A DNA stretch of 64,000 bases. Origin: Parcubacteria group bacterium ADurb.Bin247 (lineage in GTDB: Bacteria > Patescibacteriota > Minisyncoccia > Minisyncoccales > CSSED10-335). The stretch lies in the NCBI GenBank assembly GCA_002069755.1, contig MWBX01000009.1:14514-78513 (forward strand), in the 5' to 3' direction. Both the position numbers and the translations under genes were made by a program. Below are positions 19,495 through 29,210 of this stretch, one piece after another. The notes under the pieces are model-generated. The model had not been told where the DNA came from. It saw only the letters and a list, made by a program, of their open reading frames with translations, and did not search any database. Each line of letters opens with the position of its first letter. The first letter of the stretch is position 1.

Positions 19495-21199
19495 GACAAC
19501 TCTTGTTGACGCTATGTTGCGCAAAACCACTAATCTTGGAAAGGATTTATCCAATACTGATTTAATTATGGATTCTAATGATTTAGAAAGAGAAAGAGGT
19601 ATTACTATATTTTCTAAAAATGCTTCTGTTGTTTGGCAAGATATAAAAATTAACATTATTGATACTCCAGGGCATGCTGATTTTGGTGGAGAAGTAGAGA
19701 GGGTTTTATCTATGGCTGACGGATGTTTGTTATTAATTGATGCTAAAGAGGGACCAATGCCTCAAACAAGATTTGTTTTGAAAAAAGCATTATCTTATAA
19801 TTTAAAAATAATTGTTGTTATTAATAAAATTGATAAAGATGGTGCTAATCCTGACGAGGCAGTTAACAAAACATTTGATTTATTTGTTGAATTAGGGGCT
19901 AGTGAAGAATTATTAGATTTTCCAATAATTTATGCTAGTGCTAAAAATGGTAAAGCTGGAATTAAAGCAGATTTGAATAAAATGGTTGATATTAGTCCAA
20001 TATTTGAATCAATCATTAAAGAAATTCCCGCCCCAAAAGGAGATCAATCAAAGCCATTGCAATTGTTAATTACATCTTTAGCTCCAGACGAATATAAGGG
20101 TAAATTAGGTATTGGAAAAATACACAATGGTACTATTTCGGCTAACCAAGAGGTTGTTAGAATTAAAAGAAATGGAACTCAAACTAAGGGAAAGATTACA
20201 TCTCTTATGACTTTTATTGGTTTGGACAAAAAAGAAGTATTGGTTGCTGAGGCAGGGGATATTGTTGCTATTGCTGGATTTGAAGACATTACAATAGGGG
20301 AGACCATTGCCGATAAAGATAATCCTGAATCAGTGATATTTAAAGATATTGATAAGCCAACGGTGAAGATGAACTTTTTTATTAATAATTCTCCTTTTTC
20401 AGGAAAAGAAGGGAAATATACAACCTCTAGACAAATAAGAGCTAGATTATACAAAGAGCTAGAAACTGATGTGGCTTTAAGAATTGAAGATAATGGTAGC
20501 GATAGTTGGATTGTTTCTGGAAGAGGGGAGTTGCATTTAGCAATACTTATTGAAAGAATGCGTAGAGAGGGCTATGAACTCCAGGTTGGTCGCCCGCAGG
20601 TAATTATGCAAAATAATCTTGTGCCATATGAATTATTATCGGTTGAAGTACCAGAATCTTATGCTGGAGTAGTTATAGAAAAACTAGGTAATCGTAATGG
20701 TATTCTGCAAGATATGAAAACAGAAAATGGTATTATATTTATGACATTTAATATTCCAACAAGAGGATTGTTTGGTTACCGAGGGGAATTTTTAACTGAC
20801 ACTAAAGGAATGGGAATTATGAGTAGTATTTTTGATCGTTATGATGTTGATGCAACAAATTGGCGAGAAAAAGAACAAGGATCTCTTGTTTCTATTGATA
20901 ATGGTTTAACAAACCTTTACGGTTTAACAAATATTCAAAAAAGAGGTATTTTGTTTTTTGGTCCAGCTGTTCCGGTATATATTGGCCAAGTAATAGGACA
21001 GCATTCTCGAAGTGGAGATTTGTATGTTAATCCTTGCAAAACTAAAAGGCTTAGTAATATGCGTTCTAAGGGTGAAGGTGTATCAGAGCATTTTAATACC
21101 CCTAAAGAAATTGACCTAGAGGCGGCGTTGCAATATATTGGAGACGATGAGTTGGTTGAAGTTACTCCCAAATCAATTCGTATTAGAAAAAAGGCTTGA
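19448..21199 (+). CDS. typA: translational GTPase TypA/BipA
   Basis: N-terminus NIAIIAHVDHGKTTLVD, DTPGHADF and NKID G-motifs, and EF-G-like domains. 47-nt overlap with the helicase gene. Confidence 0.9.
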   Translation: MNIRNIAIIAHVDHGKTTLVDAMLRKTTNLGKDLSNTDLIMDSNDLERERGITIFSKNASVVWQDIKINIIDTPGHADFGGEVERVLSMADGCLLLIDAKEGPMPQTRFVLKKALSYNLKIIVVINKIDKDGANPDEAVNKTFDLFVELGASEELLDFPIIYASAKNGKAGIKADLNKMVDISPIFESIIKEIPAPKGDQSKPLQLLITSLAPDEYKGKLGIGKIHNGTISANQEVVRIKRNGTQTKGKITSLMTFIGLDKKEVLVAEAGDIVAIAGFEDITIGETIADKDNPESVIFKDIDKPTVKMNFFINNSPFSGKEGKYTTSRQIRARLYKELETDVALRIEDNGSDSWIVSGRGELHLAILIERMRREGYELQVGRPQVIMQNNLVPYELLSVEVPESYAGVVIEKLGNRNGILQDMKTENGIIFMTFNIPTRGLFGYRGEFLTDTKGMGIMSSIFDRYDVDATNWREKEQGSLVSIDNGLTNLYGLTNIQKRGILFFGPAVPVYIGQVIGQHSRSGDLYVNPCKTKRLSNMRSKGEGVSEHFNTPKEIDLEAALQYIGDDELVEVTPKSIRIRKKA

Positions 21200-21229
21200 T
21201 TTGTTTTTTTAATATAATATAATTGAATT

Positions 21230-21718
21230 ATGAAAAAAATATATAGAAGTCAGGAAAATAAAATTGTTTTTGGTATATTCGGTGGTATTGGTGAATATTT
21301 TGATATTGACCCAGCAATATTTAGATTGGTTGGGCTAGCCCTTTGTTTCGCTACGGGTATTTTTCCCTTTATTTTAATTTATATTCTAGCTTATTTTGTT
21401 ATTCCTAGTAAAGAAAAAGAAACAAGTCAGGTTAAGAGATTATACAGAAGCAAAGATAATTACATTTTTTGTGGTATGTGTGGTGGTTTAGGTGAATATT
21501 TTAACATTGATCCAACAATAATTAGATTGTTTGCTATTTTATTATGCATACTAACTGCAATAATTCCTTTTATAATACTCTATACTGTTTCTTGTTTTGT
21601 TATTCCGACTGAAGACGGAGAAATAAAACCATTTCCTAAAAAGAAAATTATTTTAATAATATTTCTCTTATTATTAATTATGTTAGTTTCTGGATTAATA
21701 TATGGCTTGGAGTTTTAA
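21230..21718 (+). CDS. tandem PspC-domain membrane protein
   Basis: Two repeats of the PspC pattern (FGIFGGIGEYFDIDPAIFRL... and FCGMCGGLGEYFNIDPTIIRL...), each followed by a TM helix. Confidence 0.65.
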   Translation: MKKIYRSQENKIVFGIFGGIGEYFDIDPAIFRLVGLALCFATGIFPFILIYILAYFVIPSKEKETSQVKRLYRSKDNYIFCGMCGGLGEYFNIDPTIIRLFAILLCILTAIIPFIILYTVSCFVIPTEDGEIKPFPKKKIILIIFLLLLIMLVSGLIYGLEF

Positions 21719-22301
21719 CAAAGAGGTTGTTAGAAAGCTTTTGCATTTACTATCAATATTTATATTATTTTTCTATTTATTAATTAGTCACTATTTTAAT
21801 CATCAAATAGGGCTATTTTTTTTATCAGCGCTTTTAATTATCGCAATAACGTTAGAATATTTAAGAATAGAAGTTAATAGAAATGTTCCGATTATTAGTA
21901 TTTTATGGAAATACATTAGAAGAAAAAAAGAAAGAGATGCTATGGGCTCTGAGGTGTATTTTCTTTTAGGATCAATTATTGTTTTATCTGTTTTTGATAT
22001 TAGAATTGCAATTGTGGCAATATTAATGACAATATTTGGCGATGCAGTGGCAGCAGTTATTGGTTATAAATTTGGCAAAACCCCGATTAAATTTATTAAA
22101 GGAAAAGCATGGGAGGGTGTTCTTGCTCAGTTTGGTATTGATGTTTTGGTTGGATTATTAATTATGCCAAGTATGTGGTGGATAGTTATTACTATGGCTT
22201 TAGTGGCTACTAGTGTTGAAACAGCTAGTAGCAAAATAGATGATAATATCCTTATACCAATATTTAGTGGTTTTGCTGGACATATATTGCTTTTTTTATG
22301 A
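21702..22301 (+). CDS. CTP-transferase superfamily membrane protein (CdsA/dolichol-kinase-like)
   Basis: Multi-TM protein with GDAVAAVIGYKFGK...KAWEG, resembling the CdsA-family C-terminal signature (K-T/A-W-E-G). Confidence 0.45.
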   Translation: MAWSFNKEVVRKLLHLLSIFILFFYLLISHYFNHQIGLFFLSALLIIAITLEYLRIEVNRNVPIISILWKYIRRKKERDAMGSEVYFLLGSIIVLSVFDIRIAIVAILMTIFGDAVAAVIGYKFGKTPIKFIKGKAWEGVLAQFGIDVLVGLLIMPSMWWIVITMALVATSVETASSKIDDNILIPIFSGFAGHILLFL

Positions 22302-22969
22302 TTAAAAAAGAATTAAAATTAAACGCTAGCAAAGAAAAAGCTCAAACACTTCAAAGACTTTTTAAAACAAAGAAAGGGGAATATGGTTATGGAGATGTAT
22401 TTATTGGAGTAACTGTTCCAGTGCAGAGAAGTATAGTAAAAAATCATCCCGAATTAACGATTGATGATGCTATTGAATTACTTAGAGAGAAAATTCACGA
22501 ATACCGAAGCTGTGGCTTAATAATTCTAGTTGAAAAATACAAGCAGGGGAATCGAGATCATATTGTTGACTTATACTTTAAAAATACAAAATATATTAAT
22601 AGTTGGGACTTAGTAGATTTTTCGGCGCCTCAAATTTTAGGGGACTATTTCTTTTTAGAAGATAAATCTAGACTAAAGAAATTACTTTATTCTTCTAACT
22701 TATGGAAAAGAAGAATAGCGATTGTTTCCACCTTTGGTTTTATTAAAAAAGGCGATGTAAATACTACTTTTGAATACGCAAAAGAATTATTAAACGATAG
22801 ACATGATTTAATACACAAGGCAACTGGTTGGATGTTAAGAGAGGCTGGTAAAAGAGATAAACAATCTCTTAAAAAGTTTTTAAATGAAAACAAAATGCCC
22901 AGGATGACATTAAGATATGCAATTGAAAAGTTTAGTCTTGAAGAAAGAAGATACTATCTTAAACAATAA
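22298..22969 (+). CDS. DNA alkylation repair protein (AlkD/AlkC HEAT-like family)
   Basis: Typical PF08713-like sequence: LQRLFKTKKGEYGYGDVFIGVTVP...WDLVDFSAP...ATGWMLREAGKRD. Confidence 0.75.
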   Translation: MIKKELKLNASKEKAQTLQRLFKTKKGEYGYGDVFIGVTVPVQRSIVKNHPELTIDDAIELLREKIHEYRSCGLIILVEKYKQGNRDHIVDLYFKNTKYINSWDLVDFSAPQILGDYFFLEDKSRLKKLLYSSNLWKRRIAIVSTFGFIKKGDVNTTFEYAKELLNDRHDLIHKATGWMLREAGKRDKQSLKKFLNENKMPRMTLRYAIEKFSLEERRYYLKQ

Positions 22970-24041
22970 TCCTTTTTATCTTTGGATTGATTCTAGTTAT
23001 TACTTCGTAAGTTGATGTTTTGATTGTTTTAGCAATATCGTCGGAAGTAACAATGTCGTCTATTAAACTAACCTTGTCTCCAACTTTTACTCCTTTAATA
23101 TCGGTAACATCTACCATTGTCATATCCATACAGACTCGTCCAATAACTTTAGCTTTTTGTTTACGAACAACAACGTAACCAACACTGGATAAAGAATAGG
23201 GATATCCATGCCAATAACCAATTGGCAAAATGGCTATCTTTGAATCTCTTTTGACTTTTTCAGAAAAATTATAACCAACATAACTATTTTTAGGCAATTT
23301 TTTAATTTGAGTAATTATTGTTTTCCAAGAAAGAACTGGGCTTAATTTAATCTTACTTTGATAATATTCTTTTACTTCGCTAGATGGCCATATTCCATAA
23401 AGACCAATTCCGATTCTTACCATGTCAAAATGAGCTTGTGGAAATGTAATTGTTCCCGATGTTGCTGATGCATGTTTGATTAGGTTTTTAAAGCCACTAG
23501 ATTCAAACATCTCAATTGCTTTTTGAAAGTTTTGACATTGTTTAATAGTTGCTTTCTGATGAAGTGGACTTTTTGCAGCTGCAAAATGAGTATATATTCC
23601 CTCTACTGGAAAATTAATGTTTTTAATTAATTTAGGTATTTCTGATAAAAAGAATCCTTGTCGGTGCATTCCAGTATCTATTTTTAAATGGACCTTTGGT
23701 TTCCTAGGTAACTTGTTAACAATTTTAAGAGTATTAAAATCAGGAATAGTCAGTGTGATATCATTTTTAATAGCACTTTCAATTTTTTCATTAACGGTAT
23801 AACCCAAAACCAGAATTGGTTTTTTTATACCTGATTCTCTTAATCTTTCGGCTTCTACAATAGAATCAACTCCGAAATAGTCTACAAGGTCATCAATTAG
23901 TAGAGAAAAATCTACTAAGCTATGACCATAAGCGTTAGATTTAACTATGGCCATAAGTTTACACTTAGGGCTAATTAATTTTCTAAAAACTTGGTAGTTC
24001 TTTTCTATTCTTTTTTTGTCTATCTCAATCCATGTTCTCAT
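22959..24041 (-). CDS. alr: alanine racemase
   Basis: PLP-lysine motif MAIVKSNAYGHS (AVVKANAYGHG family), TIM-barrel plus C-terminal beta domain. 360 aa. Confidence 0.9.
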   Translation of the reverse strand: MRTWIEIDKKRIEKNYQVFRKLISPKCKLMAIVKSNAYGHSLVDFSLLIDDLVDYFGVDSIVEAERLRESGIKKPILVLGYTVNEKIESAIKNDITLTIPDFNTLKIVNKLPRKPKVHLKIDTGMHRQGFFLSEIPKLIKNINFPVEGIYTHFAAAKSPLHQKATIKQCQNFQKAIEMFESSGFKNLIKHASATSGTITFPQAHFDMVRIGIGLYGIWPSSEVKEYYQSKIKLSPVLSWKTIITQIKKLPKNSYVGYNFSEKVKRDSKIAILPIGYWHGYPYSLSSVGYVVVRKQKAKVIGRVCMDMTMVDVTDIKGVKVGDKVSLIDDIVTSDDIAKTIKTSTYEVITRINPKIKRIIV

Positions 24042-24096
24042 ATATACAACTATACAATACTTGCATTATTTTTACAAATATTGCTATTATGTAGTT

Positions 24097-24507
24097 ATGA
24101 ACAAAGAATTAATAATAGGCTTAGTTGGCTTGGCTCTTATTGGAATAGTTGTTTTTACAAACCAAACAAATTACTGTATTTTTATAGACCCAATAACTAA
24201 TAAAGAGTTCAATGTCTATATTAAGAACAATGATTTTAAGATGGAAGATAGTGAAACGTCTATTATGTCAAAAGACGGCATTGTTTATGTTTGGACATCT
24301 GATAGTGACGATGGTTTAAAATTTCCCAATTCTAAACTAAATGAGTATGGTTTTTATAATATAGAAGATGACTTTATTAAAGAAAATTTAAGTAATTGTT
24401 CTAAAACAACAAAAGAATTCTTTTCAATACCTGAAAGCGTTGATTTCTACGATCCAAGTGATGGTTTTTTCGGACCAAGTATTAATTTTGAATACAAAAA
24501 TGATTGA
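24097..24507 (+). CDS. hypothetical secreted/membrane-anchored protein
   Basis: Internal ATG followed by a signal/TM helix LIIGLVGLALIGIVVF. Acidic C-terminal part. Confidence 0.4.
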   Translation: MNKELIIGLVGLALIGIVVFTNQTNYCIFIDPITNKEFNVYIKNNDFKMEDSETSIMSKDGIVYVWTSDSDDGLKFPNSKLNEYGFYNIEDDFIKENLSNCSKTTKEFFSIPESVDFYDPSDGFFGPSINFEYKND

Positions 24508-24706
24508 GACAATAATATTTTACTTTCTTTCAATAGATGTTGCTTTCATTTTATACATTATCTGGATAGAAAAAAAGGAAATAATATTCTTAAATAACAA
24601 AGTTTGATCTATTATTTATCTTTTATTAGTTTTATGGATTGGTTATTTGACATTTTTGTGATATAATTTAATAGGTCGATATTGTAAAAATAATTAAAAT
24701 AAAAAT

Positions 24707-25102
24707 ATGAAAGGATATATTGCAAATATAGAAGAAGTAACAAAAGAAAACAATAATTTTAGAAAAGTTCTCTATACTGGGAAAAACAGCCAATTGGTTG
24801 TTATGAGTATTAACCCCGGTGAAGAAATAGGGGCCGAAGTTCACAAGCTTGATCAATTTATAAGAATTGAAGAAGGTGAGGGTAGTGTTATTCTTGATGG
24901 TGTAGAGCATGTTATTAAAGATGGTTATGCGGTTGTAATTCCCGCTGGAACTAATCATAATGTTTTGAACAGTTCTAATAAAGTTATGAAGTTATACAGC
25001 ATTTACTCTCCGGCTGAACATAAGGATGGTATAATTCATGTAACTAAGACGGACGCTCTCAATGATCACGATGACCACTTTGATGGAAAAACTACCGAAT
25101 AG
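24707..25102 (+). CDS. cupin domain protein
   Basis: Two-motif cupin pattern (MSINPGEEIGAEVH ... VIPAGTNHNV). Confidence 0.65.
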   Translation: MKGYIANIEEVTKENNNFRKVLYTGKNSQLVVMSINPGEEIGAEVHKLDQFIRIEEGEGSVILDGVEHVIKDGYAVVIPAGTNHNVLNSSNKVMKLYSIYSPAEHKDGIIHVTKTDALNDHDDHFDGKTTE

Positions 25103-26159
25103 AGAGGTTACTATAGAAAAGAAAGATTGTCTATTAGAAAAAATAGATGGTTTTCTCTTTGAAATAGAGCCAGAAATTGCCGAAAGAATAAAGAACTATG
25201 ATAGCTCAATTACACTAGATCATATTAAAAAGAATATTAACGATTCTTTTTTATATGATATAAATTTTATTAGTATTACAAAGGATAAAACTGTTATAAA
25301 ATTAGATTCTGAAATTAAAAAAGAAATTGAAGCTAAGAATTTTATTTTAGAATTAAAAGAAAAGGTTATTAATTTATCCGAAGAAGATTTTAATCAAATA
25401 GAAGAAGAAAGTAATGAACATATTGTGGCTTATTTCTATTCTTTGAGATCTAAAAATAAGGATTGTTCATTTGATCAACTAAAAAATTTACTAATAATTT
25501 CTTTTGAAGAATCAATATCTAGATGCGACGAAAATATTGAGAATTACAATAATATTAAAAATAAAATAGAAAGCTTTGATTCTGATTATTTTTTTGACTT
25601 GCTAATCAGAAAACTTGATGGAAATATTAGCAAGACAGAGAAAGTAATGATTTCTTTGATGGGTTATGATGTTTATGGGTTATCGTATGGTACATATGAT
25701 CCAACTACAAATAATATCCAGACCCCACTTCTTAATTCTTGCGATTTAAAACAATTGAAGGGAACAATTATGCACGAATTAACCCATATAATGCTTGGTA
25801 ATATTTTAGAACGGCCTAAAAAAAATAATTTTATCAAATCAATAAAATCTAAACTTTATTCCGATTATAAAAAAACAACCGATTTTGATATGGCTGTGTT
25901 TGCTCTAGACGAATCCCTGGCTTATTGTGTTCAAGAGAAATACGAAAATGACCCAGTGGTTCCTCCATATGATGGTTATCGGTTTATCGATCCAATAACA
26001 TTTAAATTGTTTTTTGAGACAATTCAAAATCAGACAAAAAATATGAATATTGAGGAGTTTGATTTATTTAGCAAAGATGTTTATCTTTATTTTGCTGATA
26101 AAAAAGATATCAATTCTACAATAAATTATATTAAAAATTATAATGTTAATAAAAATTAA
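25062..26159 (+). CDS. hypothetical protein with HExxH metallopeptidase-like motif
   Basis: GTIMHELTHIM and a downstream ALDESLAY (possible third ligand). Otherwise has no recognisable fold. Confidence 0.45.
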   Translation: MITMTTLMEKLPNREVTIEKKDCLLEKIDGFLFEIEPEIAERIKNYDSSITLDHIKKNINDSFLYDINFISITKDKTVIKLDSEIKKEIEAKNFILELKEKVINLSEEDFNQIEEESNEHIVAYFYSLRSKNKDCSFDQLKNLLIISFEESISRCDENIENYNNIKNKIESFDSDYFFDLLIRKLDGNISKTEKVMISLMGYDVYGLSYGTYDPTTNNIQTPLLNSCDLKQLKGTIMHELTHIMLGNILERPKKNNFIKSIKSKLYSDYKKTTDFDMAVFALDESLAYCVQEKYENDPVVPPYDGYRFIDPITFKLFFETIQNQTKNMNIEEFDLFSKDVYLYFADKKDINSTINYIKNYNVNKN

Positions 26160-26361
26160 TGTTAAATTTAATAAAGGTAAGAGGGGAATTGAGATTAATA
26201 ACGATGGGACATATAGCGCTTATTTAACTAAAAAACCAATAAAAGGGCTAGCCAATCAAGAATTAATAAATTTGGTTGCGAAGCATTTTAAAACAACAAA
26301 AAATAATATTAGTATCGTTACTGGTAAATCATCTCATATTAAAAGAATAAAGATATTATGA
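26143..26361 (+). CDS. DUF167/YggU family protein
   Basis: 72 aa. LANQELINLVAKHFK...ISIVTGKSSHIKRIKI matches the YggU/UPF0235 pattern. Confidence 0.65.
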   Translation: MLIKINVKFNKGKRGIEINNDGTYSAYLTKKPIKGLANQELINLVAKHFKTTKNNISIVTGKSSHIKRIKIL

Positions 26362-26645
26362 TTGAAAAAAGGGAATTTAATAATAATATTGAATAAGTAG
26401 AATCAGAAATAATATTATCCACGGTTCAGACAATTAATACTGAATCTAAAACTAAAGAATATTTTAGAGATAGTTTTAATAATTTAAAAGAAAAGATATA
26501 TAAAGATAAGAAAGATCTACACTAAAAGAAGGGATTAGTAACTTAAATGATTCTTGGTAAGAAGTAGAAAGTAAAATGTGCTGTTGGCGTGGATTATTAT
26601 CTAGTATTGATAATTTAAATAAAAAAAGAGTTTAATACCTTTAAG

Positions 26646-26654
26646 TGGTATAAT
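26646..26654 (+). promoter_or_regulatory. extended -10 promoter element (TGgTATAAT)
   Basis: TG at 26646-26647 and TATAAT at 26649-26654, about 50 nt upstream of the MFP start. Weak -35. Confidence 0.3.
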
Positions 26655-26704
26655 GATAGAATTAAAAATTGGAAATGATTTAATTTTAATGCTAATATAA
26701 TAGT

Positions 26705-27572
26705 ATGAAGAAAAAAATAATAATTATAGCCCTAATTTTGTTGGTAATTTTTTTGCTTGTTCGTAATAATGACGATAAGCCTGAGCAAAATATTTATACT
26801 GTTGAATTAGGAACTATTACACAAGAAATTTTTGAACCCGGAACAATAAAAAAGGGAGATGAAATTAATTTATCTTTTGCTAACTCTGGTCGAATAAAAA
26901 AAATATATTTTAAAGAAGGGGACATTGTGAAAAAAAACGAAACAGTGGCAATATTAGATACTGACGTTTTAAATATTAATCTAGAAAAAGCAAAATTAAA
27001 TTTAAGTTCAAAAAGAAATTAGTCTTTTAAACAAAATGATTAACGATTCGGTAATCAAAGCTCCTACAGACGGCAAAATAATAAGGATAAATTTTAAAGA
27101 TCTAGAAGTAGTTCAAGTTGGAATTCCAGTAGTAACAATGGTTTCGGAAAATATTTATCAGGTAGAACTTAATATATATGAAGGTGATATTTCTAAAATT
27201 AATATTGGCGATCCAGTAACAATAGAAGTTGTTGCTATTCCAAACAAAAAGTTTAGCGGTAATGTTTCTTTTATTGATGTTGCATCAAAAGTTATAGACA
27301 GTGTAATTTATTATAAAGTGCTGATAGATATTGATAATCCTAGTGATAAAATGAAAGTAGGAATGACAGCTGATGTCACGATAACCCCATATAAAAAAGA
27401 GAATGTTTTGGTTATTCCTGAGAGAGCAATCACAGATTCAAAGGTTAGTTTAATTAAAACAAATGAAGTAATAGAAGAAAGGGCTATTAAAACTGGATTA
27501 TCAGGGTCTAATCGTATGATAGAAGTTTTATCTGGCCTAGAAGTTGGTGATAAAATTATTATTCCAAAATGA
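26705..27572 (+). pseudogene. MacA/HlyD-type periplasmic adaptor interrupted by +1 frameshift at an A-run
   Basis: The 26705-27022 ORF (TM plus lipoyl half) stops at TAG. The remainder (27036-27572: ...VIKAPTDGKII..., beta-barrel and MP domain) continues in another frame. The frames can be joined around caaaaagaaatt (27009-27020). Confidence 0.5.
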
Positions 27573-28002
27573 CCAATATTATCAAGATAGAAAATGTTTG
27601 GAAAACATATGACCTTGGAAAAATTAAACTGGATGTTTTAAAAAATATTAGTTTAGAAATTAATCAAGGAGATTTTGCAATAATTCTAGGTCCTAGTGGT
27701 TCAGGCAAGTCAACACTACTAAATCTCATAAGTTGTTTGGATGTTCCAACTAAAGGCAGCATCTATTTTAAAGGGAAAAGTATATCCGAATTCTCCGAAG
27801 ATGAACTTGCCGAAGTAAGAGGTAAAGATATTGGATTTGTTTTTCAAAAATTTAATTTATTACCACATCTAACTGCATTAGAAAATGTAGTTTTGCCAAC
27901 AATAAAGAGGGTAAAACAATAATAGTAGTAACGCATAATAATAATCAAACGAAATACGGAAACAGAATAATAAAAATTAAAGACGGAGAAATAGTAAAAT
28001 AA
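27569..28002 (+). pseudogene. MacB/LolD-type ABC ATPase with about 300-bp internal deletion plus frameshift
   Basis: Walker A (GPSGSGKST) through the Q-loop (LLPHLTALENVVLP) is intact to 27922. Signature LSGGQ, Walker B and D-loop are missing. The H-loop/C-terminus VVTHNNNQTKYGNRIIKIKDGEIVK is readable in another frame (27925-28002), with a TAATG junction to the permease. Confidence 0.55.
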
Positions 28003-29210
28003 TGTATTGGGAATATTTTAAAATCGCAGTTAAAAATTTAAGAGTGAGACCACTAAGAAGTTGGCTTACTATTTTAGGTATAGTTATTGGTATTTTTTTA
28101 GTAACAACACTAATGTCTCTAAGTGAAGGTCTTAAAAATTCAATAATGGGCGAACTTCAAACAATGGGGGGCGATTTAATAATTGTTATGCCCGGAGAAG
28201 ATATGTTTTCTGGCCTTATGGGAGGCAACGATTTAACAAATGCCGATTTAAATGGAATAGAAAGAACTGTAGGTGTAGAAACTGTAATTTCAATGCCATG
28301 GGGATCTGAAATTGTAAGATACAAAAACGAAGCCAAGACAGTACTTATTACTGGAATATCTTTTGACAAAACAATGACGCTATTAAAAGAAGATATGGGG
28401 TGGGAAACTGTTGAGGGAGATTTTCCAAGAACCGGAAGAAGAGAAATTCTTTTAGGTAATTTGGTTGCTAAAAATATATTACCTGGTATTAGGGTTGGTG
28501 ACGAAGTCACTATAAAGGGAAAAAGGTTTTATGTCTCGGGATATTTAAGGTCTCTAGGCAACAATCAAAACGATTCAATGATTATGATGGATTTAGAAGA
28601 TTATCATACCGTAACTGGAAAAAGAGAAGGAGCTCCAATGGCTATGGCAAAAGTTGCTCCAGGTTTTGATGTTGCAGAAGTTGTTAAAAATATTGAAGAT
28701 TCGCTAGAAGAAACTAGGAAAAGAAGAGTCGGGGAAGAAACACCTTCTTTTTCAGTTATTTCAAGTGATACTGTATCTGATATGGTTAGTAGTATTATGG
28801 GGATATTGCAAGTTGCTATTTTTGCTTTTGCAAGTATTGCAATAATTGTTGGCGGAATTGGAGTAACTAACACAATGTTTACGTCGGTAAATGAAAGAAC
28901 AAAAGAAATCGGAATACTGAAAGCTGTTGGAGCCAAAAGATCTGATATTGTTGCAATATTTTTATTTGAATCGGGTATTATTGGATTAATTGGTGGTGTC
29001 TTGGGAGTAACTCTAGGAGTTGTAGCATCAAAAGGGACTGAATTTGTGCTAGCTCAACTGGAGCAAATGTTTTATCTAGAGGCTCATATATCAATCTCTC
29101 TAATCTTATTTGGAATTGCGTTTTCTTTTTTTGTTGGTTGTATTTCAGGTTATTTCCCAGCTAAAAAGGCTGCAATGTTAGAACCTGTTGACGCTTTAAG
29201 ATATGAATAA
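28002..29210 (+). CDS. ABC transporter permease (MacB/FtsX family)
   Basis: N-terminal TM, MacB-type periplasmic domain and C-terminal FtsX 3-TM bundle. 402 aa. Confidence 0.8.
   Translation: MYWEYFKIAVKNLRVRPLRSWLTILGIVIGIFLVTTLMSLSEGLKNSIMGELQTMGGDLIIVMPGEDMFSGLMGGNDLTNADLNGIERTVGVETVISMPWGSEIVRYKNEAKTVLITGISFDKTMTLLKEDMGWETVEGDFPRTGRREILLGNLVAKNILPGIRVGDEVTIKGKRFYVSGYLRSLGNNQNDSMIMMDLEDYHTVTGKREGAPMAMAKVAPGFDVAEVVKNIEDSLEETRKRRVGEETPSFSVISSDTVSDMVSSIMGILQVAIFAFASIAIIVGGIGVTNTMFTSVNERTKEIGILKAVGAKRSDIVAIFLFESGIIGLIGGVLGVTLGVVASKGTEFVLAQLEQMFYLEAHISISLILFGIAFSFFVGCISGYFPAKKAAMLEPVDALRYE

Noticed and set aside
26362-26704. Possible small gene or RNA in the 340-nt AT-rich spacer before the MacA-like gene
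   Set aside because: No ORF of 60 aa or more, and no convincing secondary structure. Contains only a plausible extended -10 promoter element.
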